A stretch of DNA of 40,448 nt from an uncultured Legionellales bacterium (GTDB taxonomy: Bacteria; Pseudomonadota; Gammaproteobacteria; Eutrophobiales; Eutrophobiaceae). The notes under the pieces are model-generated. The model saw only the letters and a program-made list of their open reading frames with translations. It ran no database searches and was not told the origin of the DNA. The stretch covers positions 1 through 40,448 of the forward strand of contig CAJWIE010000001.1 of the NCBI GenBank assembly GCA_913041115.1. Direction: 5' to 3'. Numbering within the stretch: position 1 is the first letter of the stretch; every line of letters starts with the position of its first letter. Shown here piece after piece: positions 17,314 to 26,883 of the stretch. The position numbers and the translations under genes are program-made.

Positions 17314-17874
17314 ATGTCTAAAAATCTAATAATATTTTGTATTCTTACTATCATTATAGTTATGCCTCTACCAATAAGTGCTGAGGATTACCAGATTATA
17401 GTTTCCAAAAGCAATAAAGAACTTGCATTAAAAAAATCAAATAATATTGTAAAAAAATATCATATCGCTACTGGTAAAGGCGGACAAGGAACTAAAAGAA
17501 AACGTGGCGATAGTAAAACACCATTAGGTGTCTATCGAATTTCTAAACTTAGTAAAAGTAAGCGCTTTTATTATTTTATACAACTTGATTACCCAAATTT
17601 AATCGACGCATGGTATGGTTTTAAAAATGAAGTTATTAATGGTGGTGATTTTAAACGTATTGCAAGTGCATATAAAAAGCGTGAATTTCCGCCACAAGAT
17701 ACAAATTTAGGAGGACAGATAGGAATTCATGGCATTGGTAATACAACAAAAAAGAAATTAGCAATTCATAAAGAACTTAACTGGACCGATGGGTGTATCG
17801 CTTTAACAAATGATGATATAAGTGATCTTATAAAATTTATTAAAATTGGAACAACTGTAGTAATTAAAGAATAA
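17314..17874 (+). CDS. L,D-transpeptidase-fold protein, YafK-like (YkuD domain)
   Basis: 186 aa with signal peptide ...PLPISA-ED. GDSKTPLGVYRI...LDYPN resembles the YafK family. The catalytic motif is IGIHG...NWTDGCIALTNDDISDL (His/Cys of YkuD domains). Confidence 0.75.
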   Translation: MSKNLIIFCILTIIIVMPLPISAEDYQIIVSKSNKELALKKSNNIVKKYHIATGKGGQGTKRKRGDSKTPLGVYRISKLSKSKRFYYFIQLDYPNLIDAWYGFKNEVINGGDFKRIASAYKKREFPPQDTNLGGQIGIHGIGNTTKKKLAIHKELNWTDGCIALTNDDISDLIKFIKIGTTVVIKE

Positions 17875-17886
17875 TAAACTCATATC

Positions 17887-18438
17887 ATGGAAAACAACAT
17901 AAAGGTAAAATATCAACGTGGTGCATTAACAAATTATTTGTATGGGTACTGTGTATTGAGTACGTTTATTTTTATATTAATAATTTTTGATATTATTACA
18001 TATAAAACATATGATGATATTTATAAGAAATTTTCAGAGAAAGATTATATTGATATTATTCAAGATGCAGAATTTGCTATTACTGAAAATAATTTTCGTA
18101 TTGTAAACCGTATAAATATTGGAGAAGCCATTCAAGAAAGGAAGGGTGTAATATTTCCAAGAAATGAAGTGATATTATTTTGTAATTTAACCACCGCTGA
18201 AGAAATGTTGAAGCTTGAACCCGATTTCATTAGTTTCTGCCCATATAAAATAACTATTTCAGAAAGATTAGGAAGGTCGGATCTTGAAGAAAAAATTATG
18301 ATTTCGACACGTCTTTTACCAACAGATACAGAATCAACCGATATAAATAATCTTTCAGTTAATATGAATGAAATTTTACGTAAAATAGTGGAATATGCTG
18401 TATTAGAAGACCCTTTTGTCATTAATCTTGATAAATAA
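17887..18438 (+). CDS. Membrane-anchored DUF302 domain protein
   Basis: 183 aa with one N-terminal TM (YLYGYCVLSTFIFILIIFDIITY). The C-terminal part FPRNEVILFCNLTTAEEMLKLEPDFISFCPYKITISE parallels the DUF302 core (F-R-P-Y-x-IL-G-A-C-N-P-x-x-A...P-C-N-V-V-V) as I remember it. Confidence 0.5.
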   Translation: MENNIKVKYQRGALTNYLYGYCVLSTFIFILIIFDIITYKTYDDIYKKFSEKDYIDIIQDAEFAITENNFRIVNRINIGEAIQERKGVIFPRNEVILFCNLTTAEEMLKLEPDFISFCPYKITISERLGRSDLEEKIMISTRLLPTDTESTDINNLSVNMNEILRKIVEYAVLEDPFVINLDK

Positions 18439-18453
18439 ATATATACATCATTT

Positions 18454-19197
18454 ATGAAGATACAACCAGAACATAATCTACTACTCAAATGGTTAATTTT
18501 AACTGGTCTTATTGGCTTTTCAGCAATAGTCGCCTGGAATGAAGGGGTTATTTCGTCACTGTACAGTGTCGATAAAAGTCATATTTCTATGGCAATAACA
18601 TTAATTTATCTTCTAGTTACCCTACATTGTGCTCAAAGAATATATACAATTTCAACAGAAACTAATTTATCGAAAAGAATAGAAGATATTATAAAAAATG
18701 AAAAAAAAATAATTCTAAATATTAATGACGATCAAGTTTTAATAAATTCAAAAATAAAATTGCCTGAGTGTCTAATGACTGAATATATAAAAGATCTATG
18801 CTTTCGTAATAATAATATTTCTGTACCTAATGATAATGGTTTAACCTCAGATCTAAATGATGTCTATAATTCAAGATTAAAAGGTCCCCAAGAAATTGGT
18901 TGGTTTGTCTCAGATATGATGTTAAAGCTAGGTCTGTTAGGAACAATTATTGGATTTATTTTTATGCTCGGATCTGTTGCCAACATTGCGGATTTTGATG
19001 TCAGTAATATGCAAAAAATATTACGGCATATGAGTAATGGAATGGGCACTGCTCTTTACACAACATTGACAGGTTTAGTGTGTAGTGTTTTATCGGCGAT
19101 GCAGTATCATATGATAGACAGACATGCTGATGAATTAATAGAGTTAACCAGCCATACGACACAAATTCATCTCGTACCAAAAATAAACACTAACTAA
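18454..19197 (+). CDS. MotA/TolQ/ExbB-family proton channel protein (third paralogue in window; 4 predicted TM, MotA-like topology)
   Basis: 247 aa. It has two N-terminal TM helices, a loop of about 85 aa, then KLGLLGTIIGFIFMLG and NGMGTALYTTLTGLVCSVLSAM, the two signature helices of the family. Confidence 0.75.
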   Translation: MKIQPEHNLLLKWLILTGLIGFSAIVAWNEGVISSLYSVDKSHISMAITLIYLLVTLHCAQRIYTISTETNLSKRIEDIIKNEKKIILNINDDQVLINSKIKLPECLMTEYIKDLCFRNNNISVPNDNGLTSDLNDVYNSRLKGPQEIGWFVSDMMLKLGLLGTIIGFIFMLGSVANIADFDVSNMQKILRHMSNGMGTALYTTLTGLVCSVLSAMQYHMIDRHADELIELTSHTTQIHLVPKINTN

Positions 19198-19201
19198 TAT
19201 A

Positions 19202-19795
19202 ATGCGCGTCAAAGATCGATTTCGTTCTGATCCTTTTACTGATTTATTATTTAACGCCCTTCTCGGCTTTACTTTCCTATTTCTTGTTGCAATTATGTTT
19301 ATGAATCCCGAGGCAAAATCAGGTATTATTGATCCAAAAGCAGAGTACATACTTACAATAACTTGGGAAGATAATAATCCTGATGATATTGATGTGTGGG
19401 TCGAAGATCCTGAAGGACAACTCGTTTATTTTCGAGCAACAGAGGCTGGACTTCTGCATCTCGATCGTGATGATCGTGGGTTAGTAAATGACACAATAAC
19501 AATTGATGGCAAGGAAGTACAAAACCCATTAAATCAGGAGGTTGTAACATTACGTGGTGTTGTAAAAGGAGAATATGTTGTCAATCTTCATTATTATGCC
19601 TCAGAAACAAACAAACCAGTTGATGTTAATGTGCGGCTTGCAAAAGTTAATCCAAAATTAGAGATTATGTACTACGGAAAAGTTAATCTTGAGAAAAAAG
19701 GTGACGAAAAAACAGCGTTTCGTTTTAGTATCATACGAAACGGTAAAGTTTCAGGTATTAATTTTCTTCCTAAACAACTCGTTATCGTAAATTAG
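19202..19795 (+). CDS. Single-pass membrane protein with ExbD/TolR-like Asp-bearing N-terminal helix and an unassigned beta-rich C-terminal domain
   Basis: 197 aa, starting 4 nt after the MotA-like gene. The helix is DPFTDLLFNALLGFTFLFLVAIMFM (Asp14 = 19241-19243), comparable to ExbD PLIDTVFILLIFFLV in this window. The remainder (ILTITWEDNNPDDIDVWVEDPEGQLVYF...) has no ExbD/TolR/MotB/OmpA motif that I can see. Confidence 0.55.
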   Translation: MRVKDRFRSDPFTDLLFNALLGFTFLFLVAIMFMNPEAKSGIIDPKAEYILTITWEDNNPDDIDVWVEDPEGQLVYFRATEAGLLHLDRDDRGLVNDTITIDGKEVQNPLNQEVVTLRGVVKGEYVVNLHYYASETNKPVDVNVRLAKVNPKLEIMYYGKVNLEKKGDEKTAFRFSIIRNGKVSGINFLPKQLVIVN

Positions 19796-19809
19796 ATAGA
19801 GAGAATATT

Positions 19810-20322
19810 ATGACACTAGGCATAACAGGTATTATCTCAGCCTATATATTACTTGCGTTATTACTCCTAAGTATTAATCTTTATTCAAAATGGTCGTGGC
19901 ATATAAAAGCTGCGACTATTATCCTAACATCTGTTTTTTATATCGTAACTTATTATTCATTACCAGCATTACTAGGATGGCCAACTTCTCAAAACCCACC
20001 CGCACAATTTAGATTACTCGCTGCGCATGTCGAACAACCTGATAAAGAAAAAAATACAAAAGGGGCTATTTATCTCTGGTTATCGAAAATTATTAATTTA
20101 ACAGAATTAACCGAACCAAGGGCCTATGAGTTTGATTACTCAATTGAACTTCATGAAAAAATTATTAACGTAAATGCTAAATTGAATAAAAATATTAAAC
20201 AAATTGGTGAATTTAAAGATCCTGATAATGCATTCAATGAAATAAACGAACAAAAACGTGGTGTTAAATCTGTAAAAATTGAATTCTATGATTTGCCAGA
20301 TCCACTATTTCCAGATAAATAA
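19810..20322 (+). CDS. Hypothetical 2-TM membrane protein, last gene of the five-gene operon
   Basis: 170 aa with TM helices ITGIISAYILLALLLLSINLY and AATIILTSVFYIVTYYSLPALLGW, followed by a charged soluble domain. A GAGAG SD-like sequence lies upstream. No family recognised. Confidence 0.55.
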   Translation: MTLGITGIISAYILLALLLLSINLYSKWSWHIKAATIILTSVFYIVTYYSLPALLGWPTSQNPPAQFRLLAAHVEQPDKEKNTKGAIYLWLSKIINLTELTEPRAYEFDYSIELHEKIINVNAKLNKNIKQIGEFKDPDNAFNEINEQKRGVKSVKIEFYDLPDPLFPDK

Positions 20323-20334
20323 ATTACCAACTAT

Positions 20335-21033
20335 TTAATATAGAACTTTTGACATTCTTACGTATTTTTCAATAAGTTCAATCATTTCGATTTCAGATAA
20401 TTTTGATTTGCTATTATCAAACCAATGTTTTTCATTTTCGATAATCTTGCTGGCAATAATTTTACTATTAATATTGCCTTTATCATCTCTACAAATGCCT
20501 GGTGAATTTATTAATAAGGATATGGCGGCACCTAATACAATCTCATTTTCTGATTTATATATTCCATCTTGTGAGATTCCATGATTAATAGTATTACTAT
20601 CATAATTATTAGTTCTTAATGATTGAGTTATAAAAGTCATTAACGTATTAAATTCATCAGGAATATTAATTCTACTAATTGTTGCCCAATGATATAGATC
20701 TACTGGTTTTACTTCCCATTCATTTTCTGGTTTATTAATATTTAAGACTTCTAATAGATTCTTCCTCACACATTCGTTTGCATGTTCTTTTAGGTTATTA
20801 ATTCTCTCAACTAGATCCTTATCTAAAATATTTTTTTTAGATGGATTAATAGACAATAATAATAATATTCCTTCGCTATGTAATAACCATTTTTCTTTTT
20901 TACACCATTTTTCATATAGTTTTTGCTTATTAATTTTTTCTTCATCATATATTTCGTTTGGTACAGTGTTCCTTTGTATCTTATTATTCTTATTAAAAAT
21001 GAATATAGATAACTTATTGATAATATTAATCAT
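20335..21033 (-). CDS. Hypothetical protein, no recognisable family; 12 nt downstream of tilS
   Basis: 232-aa ORF with an ATG start. It is very AT-rich (Asn/Lys/Ile-rich) and has no TM or signal peptide. It is the only long ORF covering this interval. Confidence 0.55.
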   Translation of the reverse strand: MINIINKLSIFIFNKNNKIQRNTVPNEIYDEEKINKQKLYEKWCKKEKWLLHSEGILLLLSINPSKKNILDKDLVERINNLKEHANECVRKNLLEVLNINKPENEWEVKPVDLYHWATISRINIPDEFNTLMTFITQSLRTNNYDSNTINHGISQDGIYKSENEIVLGAAISLLINSPGICRDDKGNINSKIIASKIIENEKHWFDNSKSKLSEIEMIELIEKYVRMSKVLY

Positions 21034-21045
21034 TAGATAAAATAT

Positions 21046-22416
21046 CTACTGTAAAACTTTATTATAACCAGACCAATATATATCTAATGATCTTTCATTT
21101 CCTGACGCAGAAAACCTTTTACCTATACAAAAACCTGGAATAACTGCTAATTCTTCATTTATATAAATAAGTGGCACTCTATCTCTTAACCATGGAAGTA
21201 CACCATACTCTTGAAATAATTGCTTTACGGTTTTTGAGTTAGATAAACTGTTTAAATAAATTTTCTCGCCACCGTGTCTGTATCGAATAGTAATTTTAGC
21301 TCCATTAATACACGATTTTAGAATCCCTTTGCCATAGGTTTCTTTAGCAATTAACTTTTCGCCTTGAATTTCTAGTGGTGAATTTGTATTCCAATAAATC
21401 TCTTCATTTTCATCATGAGTTTTAATTGTTTCTAAAGCATACAAATGATCCCTATATTTTCTAACTTCTGTATTTTTCCAATTCACGCACGGAGATTTAT
21501 CAGGGCCAGCGTTAATAAGAGTTGTGATAATCTGACTCATATGTTTAGAGCCAGGTTTCTCAAGATTTAAATTATCAAGCCAGTAAAAAATGAGATTCTT
21601 TTGTCTTGGTAAACTTAGTTTTTTTAACATTTTTATATCAAGATTTATCAAATTTTTACACAAAACTTTTTTCATATCTTCTAAGGCAATTTCACCAAGA
21701 AGATTCATCGATTCTTTTTGGTGACTAATAACTCTTGATATATTTTGACGATAAGAAGGCCATGAGTTTTCGACATTTGCTAATACTCTATGTCTTAGAT
21801 AATTTCTGTCGTAACGAATATCTGAATTAGATTGATCGTCTTGCCATAAGAGATTATTAATTTTTGCATATCTTTCTAGTTCACTTCGTCGAATATGTAA
21901 AAAAGGCCGTGCATGGAATCCATCTCCAAACCTCTTGACTACTGGCATTGATGATAATCCTCGAGGACCTGCACCTCTAAGTGCCTGAAGAAAGAATGTT
22001 TCAACTTGATCGTCCATATGATGCGCGGTAAGTAGTACATCATCTTTGGACATTTCTTTCCCTATAAGAAAATAGCGTTTATCTCTAGCCCAGCATTCAA
22101 CACTTACATTTTTTGGGCAATTTTCATGAATACTAATTGCTGTAAAAGGTATGTTATAGCTTGCACATTCCTTTTTACAGAACCTCTCCCAATCATTGCT
22201 TTTTTCATACAAACCATGATTAATATGAATTACTTCTAATGATTGCTTTAAATTTTCTCTAATTGAAAAAAGAAGATGGAGTAACACGCTAGAATCAATT
22301 CCACCACTATAAGAAATTATTATTTTTTTTGAATCTGAAAATGAATCAAGAAATTCTTTAAGATCAGACTTGGACAAAGTATTTCTTATATACTGTTCTT
22401 TTTCTATATCTAACAT
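21046..22416 (-). CDS. tilS: tRNA(Ile)-lysidine synthetase
   Basis: 456 aa with the PP-loop motif IISYSGGIDSSVLLHLL and LLTAHHMDDQVETFFL. It is in the conserved position after accA. Confidence 0.93.
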   Translation of the reverse strand: MLDIEKEQYIRNTLSKSDLKEFLDSFSDSKKIIISYSGGIDSSVLLHLLFSIRENLKQSLEVIHINHGLYEKSNDWERFCKKECASYNIPFTAISIHENCPKNVSVECWARDKRYFLIGKEMSKDDVLLTAHHMDDQVETFFLQALRGAGPRGLSSMPVVKRFGDGFHARPFLHIRRSELERYAKINNLLWQDDQSNSDIRYDRNYLRHRVLANVENSWPSYRQNISRVISHQKESMNLLGEIALEDMKKVLCKNLINLDIKMLKKLSLPRQKNLIFYWLDNLNLEKPGSKHMSQIITTLINAGPDKSPCVNWKNTEVRKYRDHLYALETIKTHDENEEIYWNTNSPLEIQGEKLIAKETYGKGILKSCINGAKITIRYRHGGEKIYLNSLSNSKTVKQLFQEYGVLPWLRDRVPLIYINEELAVIPGFCIGKRFSASGNERSLDIYWSGYNKVLQ

Positions 22417-22439
22417 ACTTATTTAGAATGTTTCAGTAA

Positions 22440-23393
22440 TTAATTTTCTTCAAACCTACCAAGTTGCCTAAGTCTTTCTTGCCTTTGTGTGACGATTTGC
22501 GATACGGGTTTCACGCATATTTGCGCCAACTCTTCAACTAATGCTTGTTTAACTCTTTTTGCGATTTCATCAAAATCACGGTGTGCCCCGCCCAAAGGCT
22601 CATCGATAATTCTGTCGATAAGTCCAAATTCTTTTAATTTCTTTGCATCGATACCCATTGATTGAGCAGCTTCTTTTGCTTTATCTGCACTTTTCCATAG
22701 AATTGATGCGCACCCCTCAGGAGAAATCACAGAGTAAGTGCTATATTCAAGCATCAACAAATGATCAGCAACCCCTATTGCTAAAGCACCTCCAGAACCG
22801 CCCTCACCTATTACAATTGATATTATCGGAGTTTTAAGTTCTGACATTACTAATAAATTCTTAGCAATTGCTTCGCTCTGCCCACGTTCTTCAGCGTCTA
22901 CTCCAGGATATGCTCCCGGTGTATCTATAAAAGTTAATATAGGCATAGTAAATCTTTCCGCTAACTGCATAATACGAAGAGCTTTACGATAACCCTCGGG
23001 TTTTGGCATTCCATAATTGCGCCTTATTCTCTCTTTTGTATCTCTTCCTTTCTGGTGGCCAATAATTGCTACCGATTGTTTATTAAGATGGGCTATGCCA
23101 GTGATTATTGCAGGATCATCAGCAAAATATCTTTCGCCATGTAACTCTTCAAAATCTACAAAAATTCGATCAATATAATCTCCTGTATAAGGACGTTTTG
23201 GATGTCTTGAAATTTGAGAAATCTGCCAAGAAGTTAAAGATGAAAAAATTGATTGAGTTAAATCGTCGCTGCGTTTTTTTAGAGCAGCTATTTCCTTATT
23301 TACATTTATATCTTGCTCATTTTCAACGCTACGCAATTCTTCAATCTTTGCTTCAAGTTCGGCAATTGGTTGTTCAAAATCTAAAAAATACAT
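22440..23393 (-). CDS. accA: Acetyl-CoA carboxylase carboxyltransferase subunit alpha
   Basis: 317 aa. [21 protein letters not shown]..., ...[10 protein letters not shown]...[11 protein letters not shown]... and [10 protein letters not shown] are all classic AccA motifs. Confidence 0.97.
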   Translation of the reverse strand: MYFLDFEQPIAELEAKIEELRSVENEQDINVNKEIAALKKRSDDLTQSIFSSLTSWQISQISRHPKRPYTGDYIDRIFVDFEELHGERYFADDPAIITGIAHLNKQSVAIIGHQKGRDTKERIRRNYGMPKPEGYRKALRIMQLAERFTMPILTFIDTPGAYPGVDAEERGQSEAIAKNLLVMSELKTPIISIVIGEGGSGGALAIGVADHLLMLEYSTYSVISPEGCASILWKSADKAKEAAQSMGIDAKKLKEFGLIDRIIDEPLGGAHRDFDEIAKRVKQALVEELAQICVKPVSQIVTQRQERLRQLGRFEEN

Positions 23394-23411
23394 ATCGTTA
23401 ACTTTATTTAA

Positions 23412-26400
23412 TTAAATATAACTACTATTATAGTCCAGTTTTATATTTTCTTTGCCAATTGATTCTGATAATTTATCCAATAAATCATCATTTATTGTAA
23501 GATTCCAATCTGAGCCCAAATTAAGATCTGCTGTTGCTTGTCCGTTATTATAACGTATATATACTTTTGAGCTCCCGTTTCGATAAGGTAAAATTGTCTT
23601 TTTTAACTTTTCTATACCTCCGTTACTCAAATATCTTTTTTCAATACTAAGAATCAAAGATGATCTTTCTTTTCTGATTTGGTCAAGACTAAAGATTTGA
23701 TCGGCGCGTACTGAAAGCCCACTTTCAATATAATCATCCTCAATGGCCTTACCCTTAACAATAATTAATTGATCTTTTATTAGAAGATTCCTATATTTCT
23801 GATATTCGCTAGAATATACATTCACTAAAACACGAGCTGTTCTATCATCAAGTCTTATCTCTGCCATACGTCCCCTACTTCCTGTACGTGTTCTAATGCC
23901 CATTATGTATCCGGCGATAAGAACACTTCCTATTTTACATTTGGATAATTTTGAAGTAATAAAATCCTGCAATTCATCTTCGTAACGATTAATTGGATGG
24001 CCTTTTAGATAAAAACCTAGTGTTTCTTTCTCTCCAATTAGTCTTTCTTTATCATTCCAATTCGGAACAATCATATAATCAGAACTATCATTACTGCTTT
24101 CTTCATTATCATTAATTATTTCTAGACCAAACATATCATCTTGACCAGATGTATGATTTTTAAGATATTGCTCAGATAATGAAATTGCTTTTGATAAATT
24201 ATGCGCAAGAGTACTTCTACTAACTCCAAAAGAATCCATTGAACCTGAACGAATTAAGGCTTCAAGAACACGCCGATTAACTTTTCGTAAATCTACCCTT
24301 TTACAAAAATCAAATAAACTAGAAAAGTTATTGCCAGCTTCTCTTGATATGATGATAGCTTTAATAGCCGACATTCCGACGCCTTTAATTGCTCCTAAAC
24401 CATATGAAATAGTTTCTTTATCGGTAACTGTAAAACTATATTGACCATGATTAATTGAAGGAGGTTGTATCTGAATCTGCATCCTTCTTATTTCCTCTAA
24501 TAATGTAACAATCTTATCTGTATTATCCATGTCGGAAGATAAAACTGCGGCCATAAAAGCTGCTGGATAATGCGCTTTTAACCAAGCCGTTCTATAGGCC
24601 ACCAAAGCATATGCAGCAGAATGTGATTTATTAAAACCATAACCTGCAAATTTTTCCATTAAATCAAAAATTCTTGCTGACTGCTTCTCATCAATCCCTC
24701 TTGAGTGACATCCTTCTGTAAAAATTACCCTCTGCTCTGCCATCTCTTCAGGCTTTTTCTTTCCCATAGCTCTACGTAATAAATCTGCAGCTCCAAGTGT
24801 GTAGCCAGCTAAAATCTGGGCAATTTGCATGACTTGCTCTTGATATAAAATTATTCCATACGTTGGTTTTAGTGCATGCTCAAGATCGTTGTGCATATAT
24901 CTAATGGAAGCACCAGATTTTCTTTCGATAAAATCATCAACCATCCCAGACTGCAAAGGTCCAGGTCTGAATAATGCAACAAGCGCAATCAAATCATCAA
25001 ATTTATCTGGCTTTAAACGTTTAATAAGCTTTTTCATCCCATCTGATTCTAGTTGAAAAACTGCGGTAGTCTGTGTGCTTTGAATTAATTTATACGTAAG
25101 GGAATCATCTAGTTTAATTTTTTGAATATCTACTAAATCTTCACCATTATTTTTTCTAATTCTGTTAATATCATTTAATGCCCAGTCAATAATTGTTAAT
25201 GTTCTTAGGCCAAGAAAATCAAATTTAACAAGACCAATATCTTCAACGTCACTCATATCGAACTGAGTAACTATAGTTTGCGAGGTTTGTTCACAATAAA
25301 GAGGCATATAGTTAAATAATGGTTTTGGTGCAATAACTACACCGCCAGCATGCCTGCCTGCATTTCTTGTAATACCTTCAAGTTTTTTTGCAAGGTCAAT
25401 TAATAACTTAACATCATCTTCTGATTTATATCTTTTATTAAGTGCTTTTTCTTCTGTTAAGGCCCTATCAAGAGTCATTGTCATTGCTAAATCAAATGGA
25501 ATAAGTTTTGCAATTTGATCTACGAAGCCATAGGGAAATCCTAAGACTCTACCAACATCTCTTACAACCGCTTTAGCAGCCATAGAGCCGAAAGTTATAA
25601 TCTGTGAAACATGATCAATTCCATATTTTTTTGAAACATACTCAATTACCTCATCTCTATGATCCATGCAAAAATCAATATCAAAATCAGGTAATGAAAT
25701 ACGCTCAGGATTTAAAAAACGTTCGAAAAGTAAATCATACTTAATAGGATCAAGCTCAGTAATACCAAGTGAATATGCAACTAGTGAACCTGCACCAGAT
25801 CCTCTCCCTGGTCCAACCGGAATTGCATTCTCCTTTGCCCAACCAACAAAATCAGCAACTATTAAAAAGTAACCTGAAAATCCCATACTTATAATTACAT
25901 CAAGTTCTTTTTTCAATCTTTGATGGTAAATATCTGATTTTTTTCCTGAGTCTTCCTTTTCTTCCTTTAAGATATTATTTAATTTTATTGTCGCATCGTT
26001 AACTAAACGTTTATCTTGAGTTTCGCTCTTATCAACCGGGAAATAGGGTAAAAAATTCTTACCTAGATTAAATTCAATATTGCATCTTTGCGCAATGTTA
26101 ATAGTATTTGTGATTGCTTCGGGAATATCTGAAAATAAATCTTCCATTTCCTCAGCACTACGTAAATATTGTTGTCGTGTATATTCTCTTGGGCGCCGCT
26201 GATCTTCTAAGGTATAGCCTTGGTTAATACACACACGAGCTTCATGCGCTTCAAAACTAGATTCTTCTAAAAATCTTACATTATTTGTTGCTACAACAGG
26301 CATACTATGTTTTTCAGAGTAATTTAATCCACGATATATTAAAGCATCTTCATCTTTTTTACCTATTCTCTGTAACTCAATATAGAAACGATTCGGAAAA

Positions 26401-26870
26401 ATTGAAAATAAGTTTTCTATTCTCTTTTCTGTTTCACTAGTATCATTTGAAACAAATAACTCGGTCAAAAGTCCATTTTCTGCGCAATCTATGGCAATTA
26501 ATCCATCATTATATTTTTTTAGCCAATCAAAATATATTAATGGGATACCTAAATGTTGTCCTTCCATAAAACTTTTTGTGATTAATTTTGATAAGTTCTT
26601 ATACCCATCAATATGCTGACACAGTAAAATTATGTTAGAGAATCTACTTTTATCATCAGATACTAAATTTAGTTGTGAGCCTATCAATGATTTAATCCCT
26701 TGATTATGCATAGCACGATAGAATTTTACGGCAGAAAAAACGTTATTTTTCTCAGTAACTGCAACTGCCGGCATATTCTTATTAGCAGCAATAGTAGCTA
26801 AATCATTGATTTTTATTAATCCATCAACTAATGAGTACTCAGTGTGTAAATTTAAATGAATGAAGCCCAT
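23412..26870 (-). CDS. dnaE: DNA polymerase III subunit alpha
   Basis: 1152 aa. The PHP domain starts FIHLNLHTEYSLVDG. The polymerase core has GPGRGSGAGSLVAYSLGIT..DP and DFDIDFC. An OB-fold tail is present. Confidence 0.98.
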   Translation of the reverse strand: MGFIHLNLHTEYSLVDGLIKINDLATIAANKNMPAVAVTEKNNVFSAVKFYRAMHNQGIKSLIGSQLNLVSDDKSRFSNIILLCQHIDGYKNLSKLITKSFMEGQHLGIPLIYFDWLKKYNDGLIAIDCAENGLLTELFVSNDTSETEKRIENLFSIFPNRFYIELQRIGKKDEDALIYRGLNYSEKHSMPVVATNNVRFLEESSFEAHEARVCINQGYTLEDQRRPREYTRQQYLRSAEEMEDLFSDIPEAITNTINIAQRCNIEFNLGKNFLPYFPVDKSETQDKRLVNDATIKLNNILKEEKEDSGKKSDIYHQRLKKELDVIISMGFSGYFLIVADFVGWAKENAIPVGPGRGSGAGSLVAYSLGITELDPIKYDLLFERFLNPERISLPDFDIDFCMDHRDEVIEYVSKKYGIDHVSQIITFGSMAAKAVVRDVGRVLGFPYGFVDQIAKLIPFDLAMTMTLDRALTEEKALNKRYKSEDDVKLLIDLAKKLEGITRNAGRHAGGVVIAPKPLFNYMPLYCEQTSQTIVTQFDMSDVEDIGLVKFDFLGLRTLTIIDWALNDINRIRKNNGEDLVDIQKIKLDDSLTYKLIQSTQTTAVFQLESDGMKKLIKRLKPDKFDDLIALVALFRPGPLQSGMVDDFIERKSGASIRYMHNDLEHALKPTYGIILYQEQVMQIAQILAGYTLGAADLLRRAMGKKKPEEMAEQRVIFTEGCHSRGIDEKQSARIFDLMEKFAGYGFNKSHSAAYALVAYRTAWLKAHYPAAFMAAVLSSDMDNTDKIVTLLEEIRRMQIQIQPPSINHGQYSFTVTDKETISYGLGAIKGVGMSAIKAIIISREAGNNFSSLFDFCKRVDLRKVNRRVLEALIRSGSMDSFGVSRSTLAHNLSKAISLSEQYLKNHTSGQDDMFGLEIINDNEESSNDSSDYMIVPNWNDKERLIGEKETLGFYLKGHPINRYEDELQDFITSKLSKCKIGSVLIAGYIMGIRTRTGSRGRMAEIRLDDRTARVLVNVYSSEYQKYRNLLIKDQLIIVKGKAIEDDYIESGLSVRADQIFSLDQIRKERSSLILSIEKRYLSNGGIEKLKKTILPYRNGSSKVYIRYNNGQATADLNLGSDWNLTINDDLLDKLSESIGKENIKLDYNSSYI

Positions 26871-26883
26871 TTATAAAATTTCT

